A stretch of DNA of 64,000 nt from Promethearchaeota archaeon (GTDB taxonomy: Archaea > Asgardarchaeota > Lokiarchaeia > Sigyniarchaeales > SOKP01), in assembly GCA_048938005.1 (NCBI GenBank), contig JBHLMQ010000012.1:12038-76037 (forward strand), written 5' to 3'. A model generated the notes under the pieces. The model was not told where the DNA came from. It made no database searches and saw only the letters and a program-made list of their open reading frames with translations. Both the position numbers and the translations under genes were made by a program. This document shows positions 1 to 9,033 of this stretch, piece by piece. Position 1 is the stretch's first letter. The number at the start of each line of letters is the position of its first letter.

Positions 1-3000
1 GCCTCCAATATAGCAAATGCTTCTATTTTACGATTTTCCAACAATTGTTTTATCTTTTCCTGTTTTTTGATTTCAATATTTTTTGCTCTTAATCTTTCTT
101 GTTCTATTTGCATATATTCAGAGATCTTTTTCTGAAATTGTTCTTCTTCCTTTTTATGTTGCTTTAATGATTCAATTTCAAATTTTTTCTCTCTTTCTAT
201 ATCTCTCTTCCTAGCTTTAATTGTATTTAAAGTATCTTGAAGTAATTTTAAATAATCACTTGTCCATCCAATCTCAGTTAAAATATTTATTGCATTTTGA
301 TAGTTATTTAACGCTTCATCATAATCCTTTTGGTAAAGTGAAGTATATCCATCATTAATGAGTTTAAAAGCTTCTTGTTGTTTTGCTAAATTTTGGGTGG
401 TAAGTAATTCTTTCTTTTGAATTATTTCTCTTTCCTCTAATGCTTGTACCCTTTCTATTTCCCTTAAATGTCTTATCCTTTCCATAAAAGTATAATTTTC
501 CTTCTCTTTTTCTATTGCTTCAGTGATCGATTTTTGTCTTAATAATTCTTTTTTTCTCTTCTTCTTTTTAATATCTTGTATTGCTTTATTTATAATTGGA
601 ATTTCATCTCCCCATTGAATCTGAGCAAAAATATTGGCGACATTGTGATAAAGTTCAATAGCATCATCAAATTTGCTTTGTGAAATGCAGGTTTGACCTT
701 TTTCTAATAGGCTAAATGCTTCTTCCTTCTTTCTTTCACGGTAAGCAAGTTCTTTGTCTCTTTCTCTAATTTTAATTTCTTCTCTCTTTAATTTTTCACG
801 TTGTATTCTCATTTCTCCGATTAGTTTTTCTTGAAACAATTTCTCTTGTTTTTCCTTTTCCATAGCAGATTGTAATTCCCGTTGTTTTCTTAATTCAGCT
901 TCTCGTTTTTTATCCTCAACAGCAATAATAGAATTTTGAATTAATTTTATTTCTTCATCCCATTTAATTTCTCTAAAAATTTCTGCTGCTTCATGATATA
1001 AATTAATTGCCTCATCAAATTTTCCTTGTTGAATATGTTTTTGAGCTATTTCCAACTTTTTAAATGCTTCTTCTTCCTTTTGTTCTTGAAAAATTCTTAA
1101 TTCTTCTTGTTTCTTCAATTTCTCTTGCTTTTCTATCATTTTTTGCTCTTCAAATCTAATTTTCTCTAAAATTTGCTTTTGAAATAGTAATTCTTCTTGT
1201 TCTCTTTTTATTCTTAACTCTAGTTCTTTAAACCGGTTTAAATCTTCTTCTCTTATTTTCTCTTGAATTTTTGAAATCATTTCTCCAATAACTCCTGTTG
1301 GGAAATTGATTTCATTTAATATCAATTCTGCTTGATGATATTTTTCAATTGATTTTACGTAATCTCCTTGAATTAAAAGAGTTTGAGCATCATCCATTAT
1401 TTTAAAAGCTTCTGATTTACGCAACTCTATTCTTTTTGCTAAATCTTCTCTTTTTTGTATTTCAATTTTTTTGTCTTTTAACTTTTTCTGCTCTTTAAGC
1501 ATATATTCGCTAATTTTCTTTTGGAATAAATCATCTTCTTTCTGTTGTTTTAATGATGCTTCAAATTCTATTTGTTTCTCTTTTTCCTTTTCCTTCCCTC
1601 TTAATTTAATTGTTTGAATAGTTTCATGTAATAATTTCAAATATTGTTCTCCCCACCCGATATCTTTTAGAATTTCTATGGCTTTATTGTAATTATTAAT
1701 AGTGTCATTGAAATTTTCTTCTTCAAAAAACTTATCTCCAATTTCTATTAAACTAAATACCTTTTGCTGTTTAACTAAGTTTTGGGCAGATAGCTGTTTC
1801 TGTTCTTCGATTGATTCTTTTTCTTTCAAGAGTTCTGCTTTTTCTCTCTCTCTTTGATACCTTATTCTTTCAATAAATGCTTTATCTTCAGTTTCTTTCC
1901 TAATTGCTTTATGTAAAAGCTTTTGTTTATTTAATTCATTCTCCCTCTTTCTATTTTCAATACTTTGAATCGCTTCTTGGATGATGGGGATTTCTTCAGT
2001 CCATTGAATCTGAGCAAAAATATTTATTACATTATAATAAATTTGAAGTGCTTCATCAAATTTTCTATGAGAAAGGAAATCTTGGGCCTTTTCTAATAAA
2101 CCAAATGCTTCCTCTTTCTTTCTTTCCCGATAAACAAGTTCATTTTCTCTTTCTCTTAGAATTATTTGTCTCTCTATTAATTTTTGATGTTGGGCTTTCA
2201 TTTCTTTTGCGATATGTTCTTGAAATGCTTTTTCTTGTTTTTCTCGTTCCAATTCTGCTTGAAATTTAATCTGATTTTGAATTTCAGCTTCTATTTTTCT
2301 ATTTTCAAGTTCAACTATAGCATTTTGTATGAGGTTGATTTCATTCTGCCATTGAATATCAGCAAAAAAATTTAGACTATATTGAAATATATCAATAGCC
2401 TTATCAAAATTTCCTTGTTTTACATTGTCTTGTGCTTCTTCGAGTAATTTGAAACCTGCTATTCTTCTTTCTTCACGAAATTTAGATTCTTTCTCACGTT
2501 CCATTAATTCAATTTTCTTTTTCTTTAGTTTTTCCCGTTCTTGTTGTAAGTATTTTGATATTTGCTTTTGAAACTCATCTTCTTTCTTTTGTCTTTTAAC
2601 AGAGTCCTGTAATTTCTTTTGTTTCAAGATATTTTGTTTTCTTTGTAACTCTTCAACTTCTCTTATTGAATCTTCAATTAAAGGAATTTCATCTGCCCAT
2701 TGAATTTCTGCAAATATATTTGCAGCATTTTGATAATTTGAAATTGTGTTATCATAATCCCCCTGTTTTAAGGAATTTATAGCGGAATCTAGAAATTCAA
2801 ATGCAACTTTTTTGCGTTGTTCAAAAAGTTTAATCTCCTCTTCACGATCTTTAATAATTATTTCCTTCTTTTTTAAACGGTCTCGTTCTTTATTTATTTC
2901 AATTGATATTTGCTTCTGAAATTCTAATTCTTCCCGTCTTCTCTCCTCTAATTTTTTTTGCTCCTCGTATTCCTTGGTAAATTGTGCGTGCTTTAGCAGT

Positions 3001-4330
3001 TCTACATTAGAGACTGTATTTTTTATTATAGATGCATAAGGTTCCCAACCAGCACCTAAATTTGTAAGAATTGATAAAGCTTTCTGATATTCATTTATAG
3101 CATCATCATAATTTTTTTCTTTTAAAATCTCATCCGCTTTATCTAATGTATTAAAGAGATCTTTTTCTTTCTGTATTTCATCCCTTCTGACTTCTTTATA
3201 TTCTATACTTTTTTTATCTAATTCCCTTGTTGATTCGATAATTTGGGTTTTCTGCTTTTTGTAAATTGAGTCCTGGAGTACTGCTAAATCTTTTTCTCTT
3301 TTTTCTTTTAATTGATCAGTTACTTTTTCACTTTTTTGTTTATTTTTTATGCTTTCAATTAAATTTGCAATAGGTTGGATATATGAATCCCATTTTATCG
3401 ATCTAAGAAGTTGAATTGCTTGATTTAATTTATTGAGTGCTTGATCATATTTTTTTTCTCTTTCAAGCCTATTTCCAATATCTATTAAATTAAATGCCTT
3501 AAGTTGAATATCTTCCTCATGTTTTTTATTAGTTTCAAATTCAATTAGTTTTTCCTTTTTTAATTCTGCTTCTTTTTCTAAAACAACTTTCTGTTCTTCA
3601 ATATCACCAGATAACCTTAATGCTTCTTTTTTTTGTTTTAATTGAAGAGATTCAAAATCTGCTTTATCTTTATTAAGTTTTTTAATTAATATTTGAATAT
3701 TTTTTGTCTGAGCATTCCAACCTATAGAATCTAATAACTCTATAGCTCTTTCATAATTCATTCTTGCATTATCGAATTTTTTATCTTTTTCAAACTTTTT
3801 AGCTGTGTCGATATGAACAAAAGCCTGGTTCTGGATATCCTCTTCATGTTTTTTCTTTGCCCTAAATCTTTCAATAACTTTTGCTTTTTCAACGCTACTT
3901 TTTTGTCCGAACATTCCAACAATTTCAGGTTTCACTTCTGGTATTATTTGAGTTTCTTGTTGCTTTAATTCAATTTCCTGCTGTTGAAGTACTTGAATAG
4001 ATTTTTTAACCTCTAAATCTTTTACAAGTTTATTGATTTTAGATCTTATATTTTCTAATTGTGTCTCAGACCAACCTGCTTGAGTTAATAGATTGATAGC
4101 AGATAAATTTTGTTGAATAGCCTCTTCAGTAAAACCGTCAAATTCCAACTTTTTTGCCCCCTCTAATAAGGAAAAAGCTTGATCTTGCAATTGTTCAATT
4201 TGGGCTTTTTCTTGAGCTCGTTGATATAAAGCGTCTTTTTTGATAAATTCTTTTAATTCACTAATTCTATCATAAATTTCTTGAATTCTATGCATCAAAA
4301 ATCCACTTTGTTTAAGAAAATCAGCTGCTT
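1..4330 (-). repeat. Coding tandem repeat array, period about 345-350 nt, with a higher-order unit of about 1390 nt (4 repeats)
   Basis: The conserved Trp-containing motif (IQW/IGW/IKW; plus-strand ccattgaat, ccatccaat and similar) recurs near 266, 613, 963, 1300 (degenerate INFPTG), 1657, 2002, 2350, 2698, 3048, 3392, 3718 and 4072. Copies at 612 and 2001 share the plus-strand 24-mer ccattgaatctgagcaaaaatatt, and overall identity across the super-repeat is roughly 80% by eye. Confidence 0.8.
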
Positions 4331-4436
4331 TTTGATAATGTGAAATTGCATTTTCTACCTTTTTCTCTTCTTCAAACTTTTGGGCAAGTTCTAAAAATTT
4401 TAAAGCTTCTTGTGCTAAAAATTCTGGATTTTGCAT
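1..4436 (-). CDS. Giant tandem-repeat all-alpha protein, 3' end runs off the window (at least 1478 codons). At least 13 repeats of about 115 aa, each an MIT/TPR-like helical module plus an E/K/Q/R-rich coiled-coil linker
   Basis: My manual minus-strand translation from ATG (complement 4434-4436) gives MQNPEFLAQEALKFLELAQKFEEEKKVENAISHYQKAADFLKQ... and stays open to base 1. Trp codons at 264-266, 612-614 and 2001-2003 are all in the same frame. It is absent from the ORF track, presumably because no stop lies inside the window. There is no N-terminal signal peptide or TM segment. Confidence 0.8.
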   Translation of the reverse strand, partial: MQNPEFLAQEALKFLELAQKFEEEKKVENAISHYQKAADFLKQSGFLMHRIQEIYDRISELKEFIKKDALYQRAQEKAQIEQLQDQAFSLLEGAKKLEFDGFTEEAIQQNLSAINLLTQAGWSETQLENIRSKINKLVKDLEVKKSIQVLQQQEIELKQQETQIIPEVKPEIVGMFGQKSSVEKAKVIERFRAKKKHEEDIQNQAFVHIDTAKKFEKDKKFDNARMNYERAIELLDSIGWNAQTKNIQILIKKLNKDKADFESLQLKQKKEALRLSGDIEEQKVVLEKEAELKKEKLIEFETNKKHEEDIQLKAFNLIDIGNRLEREKKYDQALNKLNQAIQLLRSIKWDSYIQPIANLIESIKNKQKSEKVTDQLKEKREKDLAVLQDSIYKKQKTQIIESTRELDKKSIEYKEVRRDEIQKEKDLFNTLDKADEILKEKNYDDAINEYQKALSILTNLGAGWEPYASIIKNTVSNVELLKHAQFTKEYEEQKKLEERRREELEFQKQISIEINKERDRLKKKEIIIKDREEEIKLFEQRKKVAFEFLDSAINSLKQGDYDNTISNYQNAANIFAEIQWADEIPLIEDSIREVEELQRKQNILKQKKLQDSVKRQKKEDEFQKQISKYLQQEREKLKKKKIELMEREKESKFREERRIAGFKLLEEAQDNVKQGNFDKAIDIFQYSLNFFADIQWQNEINLIQNAIVELENRKIEAEIQNQIKFQAELEREKQEKAFQEHIAKEMKAQHQKLIERQIILRERENELVYRERKKEEAFGLLEKAQDFLSHRKFDEALQIYYNVINIFAQIQWTEEIPIIQEAIQSIENRKRENELNKQKLLHKAIRKETEDKAFIERIRYQREREKAELLKEKESIEEQKQLSAQNLVKQQKVFSLIEIGDKFFEEENFNDTINNYNKAIEILKDIGWGEQYLKLLHETIQTIKLRGKEKEKEKQIEFEASLKQQKEDDLFQKKISEYMLKEQKKLKDKKIEIQKREDLAKRIELRKSEAFKIMDDAQTLLIQGDYVKSIEKYHQAELILNEINFPTGVIGEMISKIQEKIREEDLNRFKELELRIKREQEELLFQKQILEKIRFEEQKMIEKQEKLKKQEELRIFQEQKEEEAFKKLEIAQKHIQQGKFDEAINLYHEAAEIFREIKWDEEIKLIQNSIIAVEDKKREAELRKQRELQSAMEKEKQEKLFQEKLIGEMRIQREKLKREEIKIRERDKELAYRERKKEEAFSLLEKGQTCISQSKFDDAIELYHNVANIFAQIQWGDEIPIINKAIQDIKKKKRKKELLRQKSITEAIEKEKENYTFMERIRHLREIERVQALEEREIIQKKELLTTQNLAKQQEAFKLINDGYTSLYQKDYDEALNNYQNAINILTEIGWTSDYLKLLQDTLNTIKARKRDIEREKKFEIESLKQHKKEEEQFQKKISEYMQIEQERLRAKNIEIKKQEKIKQLLENRKIEAFAILE

Positions 4437-4644
4437 TTTAGGCAATTCTACTTAATCTTATTATGAAATAAAAAATATACAAACATTATTCTTACTTTAA
4501 TTTAACCACACCAAGTAATTAAACTTTTTATATTGTTATAATTATTTTAACTAGATTATTGAAAACGATAAATAAAATTGAATTTATAAGAATATTGAAC
4601 TCAAATTTTTCAAAAAAAACAATCCTCATTACTGAAACTAAGTT

Positions 4645-6600
4645 ATGGAAATAGAAAGCAAAAATATTATCATAGATTTTGAGCCCATTTCTAGGAGGGT
4701 ATATTTTTCAAATGACAATTCTCTTTATGAAATTCTAACAGAATTGAATATACCAATCAGATCCTTATGTGGAGGTTTAGGAACCTGTGGAAAATGCAAA
4801 ATTATGGTTCAAAGTGGAAAAGAGTATTTGATTTCTCCGACTAATGCTGAAAAAGAGTTTTTAAATAAGGAGGAACTTGAAAATGGGTGGCGATTGGCAT
4901 GTGAAACAAAAATAGATAATAAATATATACAACACTTAGAAAAAGTTAAAGCTCCTCAATTTCGAATTTTTTTACCAAGTGAATTATTGCTTGAAGATTT
5001 TAAAATCCTAACAACTGGTATAAGTAAAGGAGTAAATGTACAACCAAATATTCAAAAAATCTATCTTGAAGTAAAAAAGCCATCATTAGAGGAACCTAAT
5101 CCTGATTTTGAAAGAATTCAATCAAGCATTTTTTCTGCTATTCCGCATTTGAAGAGAAATGAACAATTTAATATTGATTTTAATGTTTTAAAAGAAATAC
5201 CCGATATGCTAAGAAAAAACGACCATAAAATTACATTAGTCTTGCGGAATAATACTAATATTATTGCTTCTGAACCTGGTAATACTACTGAAGAGAATTT
5301 TGGAATTGCTTTTGATATTGGGACCACAACAATAGTTGGTTATTTAATGAATCTGAATGATGGTAAGATATATTCAGTAGATTCTAAATTGAATAGTCAA
5401 ACTGCTTTTGGAGAGGATTTAATAACACGCTTAACTTTTATCAATGAGGAAAAAGATAATCTTCAAAAATTAAATGCTGCTGTAATCAACGATTTGAATG
5501 ATATCATTTCAAATACGACTAGTAGAGCTCATATTAACCCATCTCAGATTTATGAGGCAACTATGGTAGGCAATTCTGTCATGCATCATATATTCTTAGG
5601 ATTGAATCCAGTTTATATAGGATTAAGTCCATTTATTCCAGTTATTCAAAGAAATTTGAATGTTAAAGCAAGAAATTTAAATCTAAATATCTCTAAAAAT
5701 GGGAATGTTTATACCGCACCTGTTATAGCTGGCTTTGTTGGGGCGGATACTATAGGTGTAATACTCTCTTCACAAATTTATGCTGAAAAAGAGCTTACTT
5801 TAGCTATCGATATTGGAACAAATGGAGAGATAATAATTGGAAATCGTAAAATCTTGGCTGTAGGTTCATGTGCAGCAGGTTCTGCTCTGGAAGGGGCTCA
5901 TATTAGCGATGGAATGAGAGCTGCGGCAGGTGCTATAGAAAAAGTTAAAATTAACGCTAATAATCTTGATATATCTTATACCACAATCAAGAATAAGAAA
6001 CCAATAGGTATTTGTGGTTCTGGATTAGTTGATGCTATAGCAGAGATGTTAAGATCCAAAATTATTACAAGAAGTGGAAATTTTAATCAACAATTTATTG
6101 ATCATGAAAGATTTATCAAAAAAGATAAAAAAATAGAATTTATTATAGCTAAAAAAGAGGAAACTTCTTTAGGTAAGGAAATCACGATTAGCCAAAGCGA
6201 TATTAGGCAAATTCAAATGGCAAAAGCAGCTTTTTATTCTGGATCAAGGATTATTTTGAATCATTTAAAGAAAAATATTAAGATTGAACAAATTTTTTTA
6301 GCAGGAGCATTTGGTAATTATATCAATGCTCACAATGCAAAATTCATAGGAATGATTCCTGATATTCCTGATCATAAAATATTTCAAATAGGAAATGCTG
6401 CTGGAATTGGAGCACAGCACTTTTTATTAAATAAGAGTATACGAAAAAAAGCGCAACAATTATTAGATAAAGTTCAATATGTTGAAATTGCAATAGAAGA
6501 AGGATTTCAAAAAGAATACGCTGAAGCAATGTATTTTCCTCACTTAAATCTTGATTTTTTTCCTAGCTTGATAGAATACAACAAAATACCAAAAAGGTAA
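4645..6600 (+). CDS. RACo-like corrinoid activation/regeneration protein (N-terminal 2Fe-2S ferredoxin domain plus DUF4445/ASKHA ATPase domain)
   Basis: Plant-type ferredoxin Cys motif RSLCGGLGTCGKCKIMV. ASKHA phosphate motifs AFDIGTTTIVGY and AIDIGTNGEIIIG. Length 651 aa matches the COG3894 architecture. Confidence 0.75.
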   Translation: MEIESKNIIIDFEPISRRVYFSNDNSLYEILTELNIPIRSLCGGLGTCGKCKIMVQSGKEYLISPTNAEKEFLNKEELENGWRLACETKIDNKYIQHLEKVKAPQFRIFLPSELLLEDFKILTTGISKGVNVQPNIQKIYLEVKKPSLEEPNPDFERIQSSIFSAIPHLKRNEQFNIDFNVLKEIPDMLRKNDHKITLVLRNNTNIIASEPGNTTEENFGIAFDIGTTTIVGYLMNLNDGKIYSVDSKLNSQTAFGEDLITRLTFINEEKDNLQKLNAAVINDLNDIISNTTSRAHINPSQIYEATMVGNSVMHHIFLGLNPVYIGLSPFIPVIQRNLNVKARNLNLNISKNGNVYTAPVIAGFVGADTIGVILSSQIYAEKELTLAIDIGTNGEIIIGNRKILAVGSCAAGSALEGAHISDGMRAAAGAIEKVKINANNLDISYTTIKNKKPIGICGSGLVDAIAEMLRSKIITRSGNFNQQFIDHERFIKKDKKIEFIIAKKEETSLGKEITISQSDIRQIQMAKAAFYSGSRIILNHLKKNIKIEQIFLAGAFGNYINAHNAKFIGMIPDIPDHKIFQIGNAAGIGAQHFLLNKSIRKKAQQLLDKVQYVEIAIEEGFQKEYAEAMYFPHLNLDFFPSLIEYNKIPKR

Positions 6601-6845
6601 AATCAAATAATCAAATTTACTTCTGTAAAATTTAGCTGATTTATTCAATTAAATTTTTGTAGAAATGAATAAAAACAAAATTAAGTTTATGTAAAAATAT
6701 TTAAATTTATAATTTATTTTATCTTTAATTTAGTCCATATTAATAAACAAAATAAATTCTTAAATACCATTTACGATATTAATTTATATACATAACTAAA
6801 AAATTATGAAAAAATATTAAAAATAAACTTCATGAGTGAACCTTT

Positions 6846-7370
6846 ATGTCAAGTTTTAAACTGAAAGTATTACTTACTGGTGCTGCTGCTGTTGGAAAGA
6901 CTAGTCTTGTCCAACGATTCATCAAGAATAGGTTCCAAGCCAATTACAAGTTAACTGTAGGAGTTGATATTTTAACCAAAGATGTTGAATTTAGGCAAGG
7001 AGAGATTGCCACTTTAAGTATTTGGGATATAGGAGGACAACAACGATTCGAATTTATACGTAGTACATTCTATAAAGGTGCGGCAGGAGCATTATTAGTC
7101 TTTGACTTGACTAGAGAACAAACATATACTGAAACGAGAAAGTGGCTAACTGAGATAAGACAATTTGCTGGTGAGAATATCCCATTTGTTTTAATAGGAA
7201 ATAAAGCGGATTTAATGGAAGATGTTGGTATGGTCATAGATCGAAATGATGCTCGCTCATATGCTGAAAATGAGGGAAGTATTTATATAGAAACTTCTGC
7301 TAAAACGGGTGTTAATGTTGATGAAGCGTTTACTGAATTAACACGTCGTATTATTGATTCTAGAACTTAG
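6846..7370 (+). CDS. Rab/Ras-like small GTPase (174 aa, no C-terminal prenylation Cys)
   Basis: G1 LTGAAAVGKTSL, G3 WDIGGQQRF, G4 GNKADL, G5 ETSAKTG. Rab-like YKLTVGVD switch I region. The protein ends ...RRIIDSRT. Confidence 0.85.
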   Translation: MSSFKLKVLLTGAAAVGKTSLVQRFIKNRFQANYKLTVGVDILTKDVEFRQGEIATLSIWDIGGQQRFEFIRSTFYKGAAGALLVFDLTREQTYTETRKWLTEIRQFAGENIPFVLIGNKADLMEDVGMVIDRNDARSYAENEGSIYIETSAKTGVNVDEAFTELTRRIIDSRT

Positions 7371-7485
7371 TATTAACCAGATAAATTTATTTATCTAAAT
7401 TCTAATTCCATAATTTAGACCTTAATTTACACTTTTTGATTTTCTAAATCTTTTTGAAAAATAAATTGTGGAAATTTAGATAAAA

Positions 7486-8901
7486 TTAATTACCACCTTT
7501 AAATTCCTCATATAAATCGTCATGAATAATATTTATTGCATCAACTAATTTGTCTCTCTCAATAACTATTGATAAATTTAACTCATCATAGCTTTGGGAA
7601 ATAGCTTTAACCTTTATGTTTTTTTTATCTAGTGCGTTAAAAATTTCTGCTTTAGTTTTAGTTTCAAGAATTTTAAGACCAGTTATATTAATTACAGCAA
7701 CGTGCTCCCAATTAATCTTAAAGAAATCAGAAAAGAATTTTGAACTTCTTAAGGCAGCTATTGCTTTCTCAGAGTCTTCTTCTCTTATAATAAAAGATGT
7801 ACTTATTTCAGAGGAGCTTTGGGCTACTAACGAAACACTAATCTTATTTTTGCTCATAACTTTAAAAATTTTAGCCAAGACACCAGGGACATCCACCATA
7901 CTACCAGAAATTATAGTTATAATTGTAGCAAATTCAACAGCAGAAATTCCCTTAATTTGTTCCTTATCTGTTAATTCAGAGATCTCTGTAAAGTCCTTTT
8001 CTAATGGTTTATCAAAATTTCTTATTTCTAATGGGATTTTATGCTTTTCAATGGCCTCCAAACATTTCGGATGGAGTATTTTAGCGCCAAAATTAGCAAT
8101 ATGTTTAGCTTCATCATAATCCAAATTTTTTATCAGAGAAGAGTGAGCTAAATATTTTGGATCTATCGCTAATAGACCATCAACATTTTTCCATAAAATT
8201 ATTCTAATATTTTTATCATCTCCTACATCATATAAGGTTCGTGCTAAAATGGTCGCTGTATAATCAGAACCCCCTCTCCCGAGAGTTGTAATATATCCTA
8301 TTTTATTTCTTCCAATAAAACCAGTTAAACAAACTATAGTATTTTTATTGGGATTTTCTAAAAGTGGAACTAATAATCTTTTAATGCGAGAATTTGTTAA
8401 ACTATACAATGGATATGCGTTATTAAATTCATCATTAGTAATAATCAACTTATTTGCTGGAATGAATACAGAATCTAACCCATTGTTTAAAAGATATTGA
8501 TTTAATATATAGGTAGATATTATCTCTCCAAAACTCAATATATAATCTTTATAATAAGGTTCTAATCCAAATTCTTTAATATCTGAAAATGCATCCTCTA
8601 ACTCACTTAATTTATGATCGATCCAATCCTTTGCTTTAACATAATGTTCAGAATCTTCAGGAAATATTTGCTCAATTATATCTATATGCTTTTTTTCGAT
8701 TAATGCTATGTTTTTATCAGTTTCTTTGTCATCTTCTAAGGTGTAGGCTGTTTTTTGAAGTAAGTCTGTAATTCCACTCAGAGCGGAAGCAACATAAACT
8801 TTCTTTACTTCACTATAAATATTTGTAATATTTAAAATCTTTTTGAATGCATCTTCATCAATAAGACAAGAACCCCCGAATTTCATAATAATTATCGGCA
8901 T
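7486..8901 (-). CDS. lysC: Aspartate kinase with C-terminal ACT domains
   Basis: N-terminal MKFGGSCL and LGRGGSDYTATILA amino-acid-kinase motifs. The C-terminal region of about 130 aa is ACT-like (VAVINITGLKIL...). Confidence 0.85.
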   Translation of the reverse strand: MPIIIMKFGGSCLIDEDAFKKILNITNIYSEVKKVYVASALSGITDLLQKTAYTLEDDKETDKNIALIEKKHIDIIEQIFPEDSEHYVKAKDWIDHKLSELEDAFSDIKEFGLEPYYKDYILSFGEIISTYILNQYLLNNGLDSVFIPANKLIITNDEFNNAYPLYSLTNSRIKRLLVPLLENPNKNTIVCLTGFIGRNKIGYITTLGRGGSDYTATILARTLYDVGDDKNIRIILWKNVDGLLAIDPKYLAHSSLIKNLDYDEAKHIANFGAKILHPKCLEAIEKHKIPLEIRNFDKPLEKDFTEISELTDKEQIKGISAVEFATIITIISGSMVDVPGVLAKIFKVMSKNKISVSLVAQSSSEISTSFIIREEDSEKAIAALRSSKFFSDFFKINWEHVAVINITGLKILETKTKAEIFNALDKKNIKVKAISQSYDELNLSIVIERDKLVDAINIIHDDLYEEFKGGN

Positions 8902-9033
8902 AATACTCGTACCTTTCTTTTAAAGTTCTAATTGTTCTAAATATTAAATAATAATTATAGTTAATTGGTTAAATCTTATTCATTCATTTTTTTTTAAATA
9001 AAAATAAAATGATATTATTAATTCATAATAGTA

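Noticed and set aside
2048-2375. Two plus-strand track ORFs (2048..2269 and 2184..2375) are the only listed ORFs in the first 4.4 kb.
   Set aside because: They are low-complexity Phe/Leu-rich translations antisense to the continuous minus-strand repeat gene. They overlap each other in different frames and have no recognisable motifs, so they are artefacts of the AT/TC-rich antisense strand.
1-4436. The regular periodic repeat structure could be taken for a CRISPR array or satellite.
   Set aside because: The period is about 345-350 nt, not 60-75 nt. Copies are divergent (roughly 80% identity at best). There are no short exact repeats with unique spacers. The whole region is a single open reading frame with protein-level conservation.
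7616-8119. A 167-aa plus-strand ORF lies inside the aspartate kinase gene. Similar antisense ORFs occur at 5118..5327, 6344..6529, 9023..9226, 9643..9837, 10162..10503, 14612..14830, 16723..16917, 18952..19137, 22663..22851, 23244..23576, 27607..27807, 28045..28257, 30346..30561, 31894..32127, 37753..37944, 38006..38233, 39134..39379, 42032..42262, 44203..44484, 44632..44841, 46450..46659, 46802..47149, 48030..48365, 50340..50540, 60953..61225 and 63277..63510.
   Set aside because: All lie antisense to, or out of frame within, strongly supported genes and have no motifs. They are typical shadow ORFs of AT-rich genomes.
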